Part shown: positions 1-11,650 of the stretch, in pieces
How the letters are laid out: each line of letters opens with the position of its first letter
Numbering within the stretch: the first letter of the stretch is position 1
The notes under the pieces: generated by a model
The model's database searches: none
Seen by the model: the letters and a program-made list of their open reading frames with translations, nothing else
Told to the model about the DNA's origin: nothing
Made by a program: the position numbers and the translations under genes
Origin: Chloroflexota bacterium
GTDB taxonomy: Bacteria > Chloroflexota > JAJPGV01
Direction: 5' to 3'
Assembly (NCBI GenBank): GCA_021325635.1
Contig: JAJPGV010000018.1
Coordinates: forward strand, 94,412 to 158,411
Length of the DNA stretch: 64,000 bases

Positions 1-1
1 G

Positions 2-376
2 GAGGTGCGCAAACGCTTCCCCGAAGCCCGCTTCGCCTTCAACTGGTCGTCGTCGTTCAAGTGGTTCAACGAGATCCGCCCGATCACCTTTCGTGAGCTG
101 GCGGACCTGGGCTACCGCTTCATCTTCATCACGCTCGGCGCCCAGCACGCCAACGGCTACGGCCTGAGCCTGCTGCTGCAGGCCATGCGCGAGCGCGAAG
201 AGCAGGGCTATGTGGAGCTGCAGCGGAAAGAGTGGGCCGCCGGCGCTGATTTCCCTACCCGAAGCCACCACCTCTTCTCGGGCGTGCCGTACTACCACCT
301 GGTTGGCAGCGCCTACGGCGGGGAGCGGCTTGGACAGGAATTCGTTGAAGATCTGCCCGAAAGCGCGGTCGTTTGA
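2..376 (+). CDS. aceA: Isocitrate lyase, C-terminal part (5' truncated by window edge)
   Basis: AFNWSSSFKW...LADLGYRFIFITL...GYVELQRKE...HH motifs typical of the ICL C-terminus; directly upstream of malate synthase. Confidence 0.85.
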   Translation, partial: EVRKRFPEARFAFNWSSSFKWFNEIRPITFRELADLGYRFIFITLGAQHANGYGLSLLLQAMREREEQGYVELQRKEWAAGADFPTRSHHLFSGVPYYHLVGSAYGGERLGQEFVEDLPESAVV

Positions 377-403
377 ACGGCGGCGGGCAGCGAGGAGCAT
401 AGA

Positions 404-2020
<1,617 letters not shown>

Positions 2021-2067
2021 AACCGCTCTCGTAGCGCTTGCTCTTGGCGAGCCCCTACCATTAGGGA

Positions 2068-4572
2068 ATGGCCGCAGCGCACGACTTCAACCTGCCGGGA
2101 GACGAGCCGCACTACACGCCCGACCGCTTCTATCGCGCCGAGCACCTGGTGCTCGAGATTACGGTCGATCCCGACACTCATCGCATCGAGGGTGCAGCCA
2201 GCTACACCCTCCGCCCGGTCAACGCTCCTCTAACTGAGAACCTGCCCGACGTCGTCCTCGACGCCATGGAGATGGAGATCGAAGACGTCTCTCCCGCGCG
2301 CAGCTGGTCTCACGCGGACGGCAAGCTGCTGGTGCAGCCGGACGTGGCGCTGGTGAGCTCGCCGGTTCGCTTTTCGGTCCGCTACAGCGCCGAGCCACGC
2401 AAGGGTATGTACTTCATCGAGCCCGACGAAGGCTATCCCGAGCGCCCCCGACAGATCTGGACTCAGGGGCAGGCGGAAGACACCCGCTACTGGATCCCCA
2501 GCTTCGACTTTCCCAACCAGAAGCTGACGACCGAGGTGATCGCTACCGTTCCCGATCGGCTGACGGTTGTTTCCAACGGCAGGCTGCTGGCGGCGGAGCC
2601 GGCGGGTCCGGGCCGCAAGCGCTGGCACTTCAAGCAGGAAATACCGCATCCGGCTTACCTCATGAGCCTGGCCGCCGGCGAATTCTCCGAGGTCAAGGAT
2701 TCCTGGGAAGGCGTACCGGTGTCGTACTTCGTGCAACCCGGCCGCGAGGACGATGCCCGCCGCGCGTTCGGCAACACGCCGCGGATGATCGACTTCTTTT
2801 CGAAGGCGACGGGCGTTCCCTACCCCTACGCCAAGTACTCGCAGGTTGCTGCCGCGGACTTCATCTACGGCGGCATGGAAAACACCTCGGCCACCACGCA
2901 GACGGAGCGCACGCTGCACGACGAGCGCGCGCACCTCGATTTCTCCAGCGATCCGCTGGTTTCGCATGAGCTTGCCCATCAGTGGTTCGGCGACCTCGTG
3001 ACCTGCCGCGACTGGGGCCACGGCTGGCTGAACGAAAGTTTCGCCACCTACTGCGAGACGCTGTGGCGGGAGCACGATCTTGGGCAGGACGAGTTCCTCT
3101 ATGACCTCTACGGCCTGCTGCAGGCCTACCTGGGGGAGTCGCGCGAACGCTACACCCGGCCTATCGTCACCAACGTCTATCACGACCCATCCGACGTGTT
3201 CGATCGGCACCTGTACGAGAAAGGCGGCCTGGTGCTGCACATGATCCGCCGCCAGCTTGGCGACGCCGCCTGGTGGGCTTCGGTCAAGCACTATCTGGAA
3301 GCGCACCGCGCCGGCAACGTCGTCACCCTCGACTGGCAGCGGGCCATCGAGGACGTCACCGGGCGCAACCTCGAGGAGCTTTTCCAGCAATGGGTCTTTT
3401 CACCGGGCCATCCCGACCTCAAGGTCAGTTACGCCTGGGACGCCAAGTCGCGCCTCGCCAGCGTGACGGTCAAACAGGCCGAGCCGGCCAAAGGGGCGGC
3501 GCCCGGCCGGCTGTTCGCGCTGGACTTCGATCTCGGCTTCGTGCTGGCGGACGGATCCGTCCACACCATTCCCGCTCGGCTCGACACCGTGGAGCGGACG
3601 TTTGCCGTGCACCTGGCGGACGAGCCGCTGCGCGTGCGTTTCGATCCCGGCTTCGGCGTGGCGGTGCGCACGGCCAGCTTCGATCTGCCGCTGCGCATGC
3701 TGCAGCGGCAGCTGGCCGACGACCCGGACGTGCTGTTGCGCATCGACGCCGCCAAGGCGCTTGGCAAGAAGGGTGACCGCCAGTCAGTCGGCTCGTTGGC
3801 GATGGCTTTGCGTGAGGAACGTTTTTGGGGCGTCCAGACGCAGGTGGCCAAGGCCATGGGCGAGGCCAAGACGTCGGCCGCCAAGGATGCGCTGCTGCGG
3901 GCCATGGATTTGCCGCATCCCAAGGCCCGCCGTGGCGTGGTCGAGGCGCTTGGCGCCTTCCGTGAGGCCGATGTGGCGGAGGCGCTGAAAGAGAAGGCGC
4001 GGAAGGGCGACGCCAGCTACCTGGTGGAGGCGGAGACCTTCCGCTCATTGGGCAAGACCCGCCAGGACGGCGTCTACGACGTTCTCCTGTCCGGCCTGGA
4101 TCGGCCTTCCCATGACGAGACCATCCGCCAGGCCGTGTTCGACGGTCTCAAGGAGCTGCGCGACGAGCGCGCCGTCGAGGTGGCCTTGGAATGGGCTCGC
4201 TACGGACGGCCCAACCGGGTGCGAGATGCCGCCATCCGATCGCTGGAACGGCTGGGCGAGAAAGAGTCTCGGGTGGACGACCTGCTCGCGGACGTGCTCG
4301 AGGACCAGCGCATCGCCTCGCGTGGCGCCCGGGCGGCGGCCGTGAACCTGGTGCGCAAGCGTAAGAAGGAGGATGCTATCCCCACGCTGGAGCGCGTGGC
4401 CGAACGCGACGTGGACGAGCGCATCCGCCGCTCAGCGCGAGAAGCGCTGCAGGGCCTCCGGGCCGGCGCCGATCACGACGACGAGCTGCGCCAGCTCCGC
4501 GAGCGCGTCGACGGCCTAGCCGAGGAGAATCGCAAGCTCCGCGACCGCCTCGATAAGCTGGAAGCCCGCTAG
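2068..4572 (+). CDS. M1-family (PepN-like) aminopeptidase with C-terminal HEAT repeats and coiled-coil tail
   Basis: GGMEN, HELAHQWFGDLVT...WLNESFATY (HExxH-x18-E), YEKGG; helical repeats in the C-terminal third. Confidence 0.92.
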   Translation: MAAAHDFNLPGDEPHYTPDRFYRAEHLVLEITVDPDTHRIEGAASYTLRPVNAPLTENLPDVVLDAMEMEIEDVSPARSWSHADGKLLVQPDVALVSSPVRFSVRYSAEPRKGMYFIEPDEGYPERPRQIWTQGQAEDTRYWIPSFDFPNQKLTTEVIATVPDRLTVVSNGRLLAAEPAGPGRKRWHFKQEIPHPAYLMSLAAGEFSEVKDSWEGVPVSYFVQPGREDDARRAFGNTPRMIDFFSKATGVPYPYAKYSQVAAADFIYGGMENTSATTQTERTLHDERAHLDFSSDPLVSHELAHQWFGDLVTCRDWGHGWLNESFATYCETLWREHDLGQDEFLYDLYGLLQAYLGESRERYTRPIVTNVYHDPSDVFDRHLYEKGGLVLHMIRRQLGDAAWWASVKHYLEAHRAGNVVTLDWQRAIEDVTGRNLEELFQQWVFSPGHPDLKVSYAWDAKSRLASVTVKQAEPAKGAAPGRLFALDFDLGFVLADGSVHTIPARLDTVERTFAVHLADEPLRVRFDPGFGVAVRTASFDLPLRMLQRQLADDPDVLLRIDAAKALGKKGDRQSVGSLAMALREERFWGVQTQVAKAMGEAKTSAAKDALLRAMDLPHPKARRGVVEALGAFREADVAEALKEKARKGDASYLVEAETFRSLGKTRQDGVYDVLLSGLDRPSHDETIRQAVFDGLKELRDERAVEVALEWARYGRPNRVRDAAIRSLERLGEKESRVDDLLADVLEDQRIASRGARAAAVNLVRKRKKEDAIPTLERVAERDVDERIRRSAREALQGLRAGADHDDELRQLRERVDGLAEENRKLRDRLDKLEAR

Positions 4573-4605
4573 GCGTGACCCCCTGTGCGCCCCTAGTCTT
4601 CGACG

Positions 4606-5367
4606 TCACGCCAGCTGCCGGCCAACGCGGGGCGCCGGCTCGTCGAACAGGCGGCCGTATCCGGTAATCCGGTCCGGCAGGCCAATCGCCGCCAGCGCCC
4701 ACCACAGGATGGCCGTGAGCTGCGTGACCACTGGCTTGCCGGTCTCTCGTTCGATCCGCTCGACGCTGCCGACGACCGGCCACTGCGGACAGGAGAGATA
4801 GAACGCGTCGGTACCCGGCTGCTCCCGGAACGAGGCCATGGCTTTCTCATAGGCGCTGTCGAAGTGGAGCTCGCTGATCAGCTCGGCCAGCCGGAGCTCC
4901 TCGCCCTTGGCGCTCACGACCTCCAGGCCATGAGCCTCGAGCATTCGAACCGAGTTGTCCACAATGGGCTTCTGGTACGGCGAGATGAACGAGATGCGCC
5001 TGGCGCCCAGGGTCCGGAGGGCCTCGATCACCAGACCGGCATCGGTCTCCACGGGAATATCCGGCCCGACCGCTGCCTGGAGCCTCGAGGTCAGCTCGAG
5101 GTAGTACTTCGGCCCACGGGCCACCTGCAGGGGCAGGCCGGTTTGGACAATCACGTTCGTTTTGCGGAGCGCCAGCTCGTGCGCTGCCGTTTCTGTCGCC
5201 TCGAGCGCCCGATCGAAATCGCGCTCCGTCAGCTCCGGCAAACCGAGGCTGGCCACACACCAGGTCAGCCCCGCGGGCCGAATCCGAAATGCCTCTTCCA
5301 GGACCGTCTCATTGCAGCGCGGCGGAACGATCAATCCGATACTTCCCTTTGACCTGTACCGATCCAT
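4606..5367 (-). CDS. Asp/Glu racemase superfamily protein (maleate isomerase / arylmalonate decarboxylase-like)
   Basis: IGLIVP..N..., EALRTLGARRISFISPY, DAFYLSC, IERETGKPVVT; only the second catalytic Cys is evident. Confidence 0.8.
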   Translation of the reverse strand: MDRYRSKGSIGLIVPPRCNETVLEEAFRIRPAGLTWCVASLGLPELTERDFDRALEATETAAHELALRKTNVIVQTGLPLQVARGPKYYLELTSRLQAAVGPDIPVETDAGLVIEALRTLGARRISFISPYQKPIVDNSVRMLEAHGLEVVSAKGEELRLAELISELHFDSAYEKAMASFREQPGTDAFYLSCPQWPVVGSVERIERETGKPVVTQLTAILWWALAAIGLPDRITGYGRLFDEPAPRVGRQLA

Positions 5368-5590
5368 GACTCGCGCACCTCAGCTTTCTTCGCGTGCCTT
5401 CTCAGCAGACCCGACCAGACTACCAGGAGGGGTGCGGACTGATCGGCCAAACATGGGTCGGATCGGCTAGTAGGAAAAAGCGCCCACTTGCCTTCCGAAC
5501 GGTCGCAACCGGTCGGATACTCATCATGGACAGTGTCAGTCTCGGCAGACGGAGCTGCCGAGGCGTCGAAACAAGCGTAGCGAGGGAACA

Positions 5591-6631
5591 ATGATGAGCT
5601 TGCCGCCGTTCGTACCCCAGTTCCTGGCTTTGCTCGCCGCCGTGCTTGCCGGGTCGCAGATGGTACCGGCGGCGACTGCTGCCGATTGCCAGCTCTATCC
5701 CTGGGCCTGTCAGAGCGCGAATTCCGGGACCGGCAGCCCGAGCCCCAGCAGTGGCGGCGCTGGCACTGCGTCCACCCAGGCGGCTCCGGCCGCTGCCGCT
5801 CCCGCACCGTCTGCCGGCGGCTGCCAGTTCATCCTGGGCTTCGCCTCTCTCCACAGTCTCGATCCGGCTGATATCGGCGATTGTCAGGACAACCAGGCGT
5901 TCGCGGGCAATGGCGACGCTCAGCAGCATACGACCAAGGGCCTGATGGCCTGGCGCAAAGCCGACAATTGGACGGCGTTTACCAACGGCTACATGACCTG
6001 GATCAATGGCCCCGGCGGGCTGGTTAGCCGGTTGAATACGCAGCGCTGCTCGTTCGAGGGTGACGCGGCGAGCTTCCCGGCCGCGTCCTGCGGGGCAGCG
6101 TCGGCGCCAGCCTCGCAGGCCCCGGCGCAGCAGGCGCCTGCCGCCGGCAGCAGCGGCTGCCTCCCGGGTATCGCCGGAGCGTATGAGAAGTACACCAGCC
6201 ATGCTCAGAACGGCGTGGCGCCACGGAATGGCGCAATCGAGCTGTTGACCCTTGGCGCCGATTGCTCATGGCAGCTGAATGGTGGTGCGAAGGGCACCTG
6301 GTCGGTCGATAGCATCCAGGCAGCAGACGTGAAGTATTGGGGCGGGCAGCCTTCGGGCTCCACGACCAAGATCACGTTCAACGGCTGGCCGGGCTCGACC
6401 AGCGGGACGGCAACCGGGCCTGTCGAGATGAGCGGCAGCTCCCCGAATTTCGTCTGGGGTGTGTATGACTCCGGAACCTCGCTTGGCCAGATGCAGATGC
6501 GCTACGAGTACAACTCCAATCCATGCGGACCGCAGAACGCCATCTGCACCGGCTCCGGTGGCGGCAGCAACCTGGCTGAAACGATGATGCGCATCGAAGC
6601 AGCCCAAGGCGCGGCCAACATCAGCTTGTAG
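5591..6631 (+). CDS. Secreted hypothetical protein with Chloroflexota-type CQFILGF...GLMAWRKADNWTAFTNG domain and Ala/Pro/Ser linkers
   Basis: N-terminal signal peptide, paired cysteines, low-complexity linkers between two globular regions; RBS GAGGG. Confidence 0.75.
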   Translation: MMSLPPFVPQFLALLAAVLAGSQMVPAATAADCQLYPWACQSANSGTGSPSPSSGGAGTASTQAAPAAAAPAPSAGGCQFILGFASLHSLDPADIGDCQDNQAFAGNGDAQQHTTKGLMAWRKADNWTAFTNGYMTWINGPGGLVSRLNTQRCSFEGDAASFPAASCGAASAPASQAPAQQAPAAGSSGCLPGIAGAYEKYTSHAQNGVAPRNGAIELLTLGADCSWQLNGGAKGTWSVDSIQAADVKYWGGQPSGSTTKITFNGWPGSTSGTATGPVEMSGSSPNFVWGVYDSGTSLGQMQMRYEYNSNPCGPQNAICTGSGGGSNLAETMMRIEAAQGAANISL

Positions 6632-6731
6632 CGAACAGCGCGGTGGCGGCCCGCTTGCCGGCCGCGAAAAGCCGCTGCTTCGGAGCCAGGCGCCGCGCGC
6701 CGCCGGTTCCGCTACCCTCGCCGGCGGCGAA

Positions 6732-8078
6732 TCAGCGGGCTGCTGCTCCGACCCCGGGTTTGCGGGCTTCGTCGTGCGCGCCGTGAGTCTCGCTGGCCAG
6801 GTTGGCCACCCATTCACGCCACATGGCCCGGAGGTTGGCTTCGCTATCGCCGCTGGACTGCGGGTGGAAGCCGCGCGAGATGTCGGACCACTGCCCGGCG
6901 GAGGCGGCGTAGCCCTCCTGGCACGACTCCACGGCCTCCATGTCGTCGGGAGCGCCGAAGCCGGCCGAGCCCACGAACAGCTCGAACTGCTCGATGCGTC
7001 GCGCCAGCATCTCCGGCGTCTCGTCGCGAGGGCCGATGGCCCAGTTGTCCACCTCGATGTAGCCGGGCGTTACCGGCCACACCTGCATGAGGATGGAGGC
7101 CACGATGTCGAGCAGGATCAGGTTCGGGTACACAATCACGCTCACCGAGTTGTCGGCAATGGCGGCTGCGCGCTCTTCGCCGAAGCGCTCCACCAGCCGG
7201 CTCCGGGCCGCTTCGACTCCCGGTCTGGCGGCGGGGCCGAAGGCCGGATGCCACACCGCGATGATGCGTCCGTTGGTCGGGTAGCCGAATTCGATCGCCG
7301 CGTGACCGTTGTCCAGGTCGTAGGCCTTGCGGCGGCCGAACACCGCCACCCGGTTGTACTCATCCCACTCCTTGCGGTTGTCACCGGCCTGGCTGCTGAG
7401 GAACTTGAGGTACGTGCGGTGCAGCGTCTCGAAGTGGTAGGTATCGGAGAAGTTCTCCATCATCAGCTTCCAGTTGGCCTTGGTGCCGTAGCGGTAGCCG
7501 CCGGGCACGATGCGCAGGCCTGCCTGGGACTGGTCGGCCAGCCGGTCGATGTACTCGCGCGCTCCGGCCAGGTAGGCCGGCAGCTCTTCGGCATCCGGAT
7601 TGAGGCTCATGAAGTAGAAGCCGCGGTAGCTCTGCACGCGGGGCGGCGACGTCAGGCCCAGCTCGGACTTGTCGAAGCAGGGCCCGTAGGGCGATTCGTC
7701 CGGGACGTTGATCAGCCTGCCGGTGGTGTCGTACGTCCAGCCGTGGTAGAAGCACGAGAAGGCCTTGGCGTTGCCCGAGGCTGCCCGGCACACGGCGGCG
7801 CCCCGATGCCGGCAGCTGTTGAACAGCACCCGCCCCTCGCCGTCGCTGCCGCGAAGGAAGATCACCGGCCGGCGGGCGATGGTTCGGCGGACGAAGTCAC
7901 CGCGCCGCTCGATCTCCGACTCGTGCCCAACGTACAGCCAGCAGCGCTCGAAAATGCGCTCCATCTCCAGATCCAGCACCTCCTGAGAGGTGAAGCTGGA
8001 TCGATGCACGCGGAACACGCCCGCGGTGGGGTCGTCCCGAACCAGATCGGTTGGCTGCACGAAGCTCATCGGTACCAC
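6732..8078 (-). CDS. Rieske aromatic ring-hydroxylating dioxygenase, alpha subunit
   Basis: CRHRG...CFYHGW Rieske motif; ENFSDTYHFETLH and PDD mononuclear-iron ligands; exact start uncertain. Confidence 0.93.
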   Translation of the reverse strand: MVPMSFVQPTDLVRDDPTAGVFRVHRSSFTSQEVLDLEMERIFERCWLYVGHESEIERRGDFVRRTIARRPVIFLRGSDGEGRVLFNSCRHRGAAVCRAASGNAKAFSCFYHGWTYDTTGRLINVPDESPYGPCFDKSELGLTSPPRVQSYRGFYFMSLNPDAEELPAYLAGAREYIDRLADQSQAGLRIVPGGYRYGTKANWKLMMENFSDTYHFETLHRTYLKFLSSQAGDNRKEWDEYNRVAVFGRRKAYDLDNGHAAIEFGYPTNGRIIAVWHPAFGPAARPGVEAARSRLVERFGEERAAAIADNSVSVIVYPNLILLDIVASILMQVWPVTPGYIEVDNWAIGPRDETPEMLARRIEQFELFVGSAGFGAPDDMEAVESCQEGYAASAGQWSDISRGFHPQSSGDSEANLRAMWREWVANLASETHGAHDEARKPGVGAAAR

Positions 8079-8080
8079 TG

Positions 8081-8566
8081 TTACAGGATGATGCTCACAG
8101 AGCCGTACGGGCTAATCGACTCGAGGTCGATCTGGGCCCTGCGGTAGCGGATCTTCCACCCGTCCTTGCGTCGCAACCTGTACTCGTAGCGGCCCATGAT
8201 CGGCTCGATCTGGCCGTTCCGCAGGCGGCACACCAGGAACGACGCGGTAGCGCGCGCCTCGTCCGGCGTGAGATCGAGGACGCGCACGTTGGTGACAAAG
8301 CGGCGCGTCCGCGGCCGGGGGGCCTCACGGTAAGCGAAGCCGCTCGTCAGCCGTTCCACCCTCCCGCGCAGACGGGCTATGTCATCGTCAATGAGCCCCA
8401 GGACCTGGCCCGGCTGGCCGTCGGGCAGGGTGGGCGACGGCACCACGTACTGCGCATCCTCGGTGAACAGCTCGAGCCACTCGTCCAGCCGCCACTCATC
8501 CAGCAGGGCGGCCTCCTCCGTCAGGAAGTCCTCGATCTCCAGCCGAGTGGCAGCGTCCACGCTCAC
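8081..8566 (-). CDS. Ring-hydroxylating dioxygenase beta subunit
   Basis: FLTEEAALLDEWRLDEWLELFTED, PRPRTRRFVTNVRV; adjacent to alpha subunit. Confidence 0.92.
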   Translation of the reverse strand: MSVDAATRLEIEDFLTEEAALLDEWRLDEWLELFTEDAQYVVPSPTLPDGQPGQVLGLIDDDIARLRGRVERLTSGFAYREAPRPRTRRFVTNVRVLDLTPDEARATASFLVCRLRNGQIEPIMGRYEYRLRRKDGWKIRYRRAQIDLESISPYGSVSIIL

Positions 8567-8638
8567 GGGCGCGAGTCTATCACCCCCTCCCTCTCTGCCG
8601 GCCGCCCCCTCGCCGGTCCGGCCAAGGGGGCCGTCGCG

Positions 8639-9121
8639 TCAGGCGGGCCTGATCGCGGTCCGCTCAGCGGCCAGCCTGCGCCATAACGTGAGCAGGTGCG
8701 CCAGCGCGGCGGCGATGAGCGCCAGCTCGAGGATCAGCGCCACCGTCCCGAGCCCGCGCGGATTGGGCTGGTGGAAGCTGTTCCAACCGGCCAGCGTTGC
8801 CAGCGTCACCGCGATGACCAGGAGATCGACGATGGCGCGCACGATTGGCCGGGCTCGCAGGGTCACAAGGAAGAGCGCGACCAGGACCAGGTAGGCGATG
8901 AAGTTGAGCACGAAAGCCTGCTCCAGGCCGATGCCGCCCGGCAGGCGCGGAATCGCTCCGCCGGGGGGCGGCCCAGGCGGCGCAGCGCTGGATCCTCTTG
9001 GCCGGGCGCTGGGGGGTGGCCCTCCGAACAGCACCGCGCGCAGCACCAGGTGCAGCGTCCCGGCCGCCAGAGCCAGCGCAGCCACAACGGCCGAGAGCAG
9101 CGCCGCCATCATTCGCCCCAT
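8639..9121 (-). CDS. Hypothetical membrane protein (about 4 TM)
   Basis: Hydrophobic segments with a Pro/Gly loop; RBS AGGAG upstream. Confidence 0.65.
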   Translation of the reverse strand: MGRMMAALLSAVVAALALAAGTLHLVLRAVLFGGPPPSARPRGSSAAPPGPPPGGAIPRLPGGIGLEQAFVLNFIAYLVLVALFLVTLRARPIVRAIVDLLVIAVTLATLAGWNSFHQPNPRGLGTVALILELALIAAALAHLLTLWRRLAAERTAIRPA

Positions 9122-9174
9122 GCGCTGCTCGTACTCCTAGCTCCTCGGCCAGCCGCAGGTTCTGTTCCGCGCCC

Positions 9175-9642
9175 TCAGTCGTCGCGCTCGCCGCTGAGGT
9201 GGCTGACCAGCGCCTCGCTGATGCCGCGCAGCTGGGCCACCTGCTGTTTTGTGAGCTGGTCGAAGAGGTGCGAGCGCACACCCTCTACGTGTCCGTGGGC
9301 CGCCTTCTCCAGCACCCCGAAGCCTTCGTCGGTAAGGACCGCGAATGCCCCGCGGCGGTCGCTCGGACACTCTTCACGCCGGACCCAGCCCATCTGCTCC
9401 AGGCGGGCAATGGCGTGGGACAGGCGGCTGCGGGAGGACAGCGATCGCTCCGCCAGGTCGCTCATGCGCATCCTACGGTCGGGCGCCTCGGATAGCCGTA
9501 CCAGGATCTCGTAGTAGCCGTGCGGCATGCCCGCGTCGCACTGCAGCTCGCGATCGAGCCGGTCCGCGAGCAGCTGAATGGCGGCCAGGAAGGATCGCCA
9601 GGTGCGCTGCTCCTCCTCATCCAGCCATCGCGTCTGTCTCAC
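9175..9642 (-). CDS. MarR-family transcriptional regulator (probably leaderless GTG start at 9642)
   Basis: WLDEEEQRTWRSFL, YEILVRLSE, RMSDLAE..LSSRSRLSH, DRRG; TTGAGC-17-TATAGT promoter on minus strand ends just before the GTG. Confidence 0.9.
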   Translation of the reverse strand: MRQTRWLDEEEQRTWRSFLAAIQLLADRLDRELQCDAGMPHGYYEILVRLSEAPDRRMRMSDLAERSLSSRSRLSHAIARLEQMGWVRREECPSDRRGAFAVLTDEGFGVLEKAAHGHVEGVRSHLFDQLTKQQVAQLRGISEALVSHLSGERDD

Positions 9643-9648
9643 GGCTCC

Positions 9649-9722
9649 ACTATAGCCCATAGTAGTTGACAGCTCAACTAAATGGTGGTAGGCTGAGCCG
9701 TGGATAGTTGAACTATCAATTA
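9649..9722. promoter_or_regulatory. Back-to-back promoters with two MarR-type palindromic operators
   Basis: TAGTTGA-cagc-TCAACTA (9663-9680) and TAGTTGA-acta-TCAATTA (9705-9722); plus-strand TTGACA(9666)-17-TAGGCT(9689). Confidence 0.8.
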
Positions 9723-9737
9723 CAAGGAGGCCAAACA

Positions 9738-10307
9738 ATGGCAACACCCACCATCAGCACACCCGACATTCCCGGCTACGCCGCCGGCGCCTGGACCATC
9801 GACCCGGTCCATTCGGACGTGTCCTTCACCGTCCGGCACATGATGGTCAGCAAGGTCCGCGGTCGCTTCACCAAGATCGAGGGCCAGATCCGCACCGGCG
9901 CCAACGTGCTCGATTCGTCGGTCGAAGCCAGCATCGATTTGGGCTCGATCGACACCAACAACGAGCAGCGCGACGCGCACATACGATCGGCAGATTTCTT
10001 TGAAGTCGAGAAGTACCCCACCATGAGCTATCGCTCGCTCCGCGTCCGGCCCGATGGTGCCGGCTACGTCGTCGACGGCAACCTCACTCTGCACGGCGTC
10101 ACCCGCCCGGTGGAGCTGGCGCTCGAGCTGAACGGCTTCACCAAGGATCCGTACGGCGGCACGCGCGCCGGCTTCACGGCGACCGCGGAGATCAACCGCA
10201 GGGACTTCGGCGTGGACATCAGCATGCCGATGGATGGCGGCGGCGTGGTGGTGGGCGATAAGGTTCAGATCACCCTCGAAATCGAAGCGGTGCTGCAAAC
10301 AAGCTAG
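9738..10307 (+). CDS. YceI-family polyisoprenoid-binding protein
   Basis: WTIDPVHSDVSFTVRHMMVSKVRGRF, RDAHIRSADFF, GNLTLHGVT; RBS AAGGAGG. Confidence 0.95.
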   Translation: MATPTISTPDIPGYAAGAWTIDPVHSDVSFTVRHMMVSKVRGRFTKIEGQIRTGANVLDSSVEASIDLGSIDTNNEQRDAHIRSADFFEVEKYPTMSYRSLRVRPDGAGYVVDGNLTLHGVTRPVELALELNGFTKDPYGGTRAGFTATAEINRRDFGVDISMPMDGGGVVVGDKVQITLEIEAVLQTS

Positions 10308-10317
10308 GAGAGCCCAC

Positions 10318-11073
10318 ATGTCCGCTGCAGAGCAGCTCTTAGTTCCTCGGATCGAGGTGCGGAGAGCGAAGGATCGCTTCCATACGCAGGCCGGTTGGCT
10401 GGATTCACACCACAGCTTCAGCTTTTCCTATCACTTCGATCCCAACAACATCCACCATGGGCTGCTGCTGGTGAGCAACGACGACGTGGTGCGCGGTGGG
10501 ACGGGTTTCTCCACCCACCCGCACCAGGACATGGAGATCGTCACCTGGGTGCTGGACGGCGAGCTCCAGCACCAGGACAGCGAAGGCAACTCGGGCGTGA
10601 TCTATCCCGGGCTGGCCCAGCGGATGAGCGCGGGCACCGGCATCTGGCATTCGGAGATGAACGCCAGCCACGACCGCGACGTGCACTTCATCCAGATGTG
10701 GGTGCTGCCGGACGCCGAGTCCATCAATCCCGGCTACGAGCAGCTGGACATCGGCTCGGAGCTGGGCCGCGGCGGCCTCGTTGCGGTGGCGTCCGGGCAG
10801 GGGCACACGGCGGCAATCTCCATCCGGCAGAAAGAAGCGGTGTTGTGGGTGGGTCGGCTGAAGCCGGGTGAGACGGTGCATGTGCCGGACGCGCCCTTCG
10901 CGCATCTGTATGTGGCTCGTGGCGGAGGTGAGCTCGAGGGCGCCGGCCAGCTCGAGGCGGGCGATGCCGCGCGGCTGACAGCTGCCGGCAGCCCGACCTT
11001 CACTGCCGATCCGGCCAATGGGGCGGAGGTCCTGGTGTGGCAGACGGGTCCGGCGCCAGGCGGGCTGGGCTAG
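10318..11073 (+). CDS. Pirin-family protein (YhhW-like)
   Basis: GWLDSHHSFSF, GFSTHPHQDMEIVTWV, QRMSAGTGIWHSEMN, FIQMW. Confidence 0.95.
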   Translation: MSAAEQLLVPRIEVRRAKDRFHTQAGWLDSHHSFSFSYHFDPNNIHHGLLLVSNDDVVRGGTGFSTHPHQDMEIVTWVLDGELQHQDSEGNSGVIYPGLAQRMSAGTGIWHSEMNASHDRDVHFIQMWVLPDAESINPGYEQLDIGSELGRGGLVAVASGQGHTAAISIRQKEAVLWVGRLKPGETVHVPDAPFAHLYVARGGGELEGAGQLEAGDAARLTAAGSPTFTADPANGAEVLVWQTGPAPGGLG

Positions 11074-11272
11074 GCGTCGCCTGCAGGGTAGCTGCGGATG
11101 ACGCCGCGGGGGCTCAAGAGCTGCCGCCGGCCGTGCTGGCCGACGACGCGAACCTCTGAGCGATGCAGCGGCCGCTCCCGTCGGGCGCGCCTGCCTATTT
11201 CCTGACAAAATCCTGACGCCGGGCGGCGCGGTTCGTAATGGTTTCCTAATAACGCGGCTCTACGTTTTGAGC

Positions 11273-11527
11273 ATGGCCATCTCCGTAGTGCTGAGCGGTG
11301 CCGAGAACGACGGAGATGTGCTGACCGCCGCGGCGTGCTACGCGGCGCGTCAGCGCTGCGATCTGAACGTCGTGCTCGCGATGACCTTCCCCAGCGGGAC
11401 CTTCCTGCGCCGCTTGGACGTGGCCCTGTGGCGGGTTGCACAGCTGGGCCTGGAAGCGCCTCAGGTCATCGTGGAGCGGCGAAGAGACAGGCCGAAGCCT
11501 CAGGCCCCGGAGGCCGCCGGCGCCTGA
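11273..11527 (+). CDS. Small hypothetical protein, possibly a universal-stress-like fragment
   Basis: Fills intergenic space; ISVVLSG...AACYAARQRCDLNVV resembles the first USP strands. Confidence 0.4.
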   Translation: MAISVVLSGAENDGDVLTAAACYAARQRCDLNVVLAMTFPSGTFLRRLDVALWRVAQLGLEAPQVIVERRRDRPKPQAPEAAGA

Positions 11528-11650
11528 GGGCTGCCCGCCAGCCGAAGCCGCATTGCCAGCTTCACCGGGGCGCGGCCGCCGGCCAATGTTTGCCTGCCGT
11601 TTAGCTGGCATTCACGTCTATTCACGTCGATAGGGCTCACCCTGTAGACA

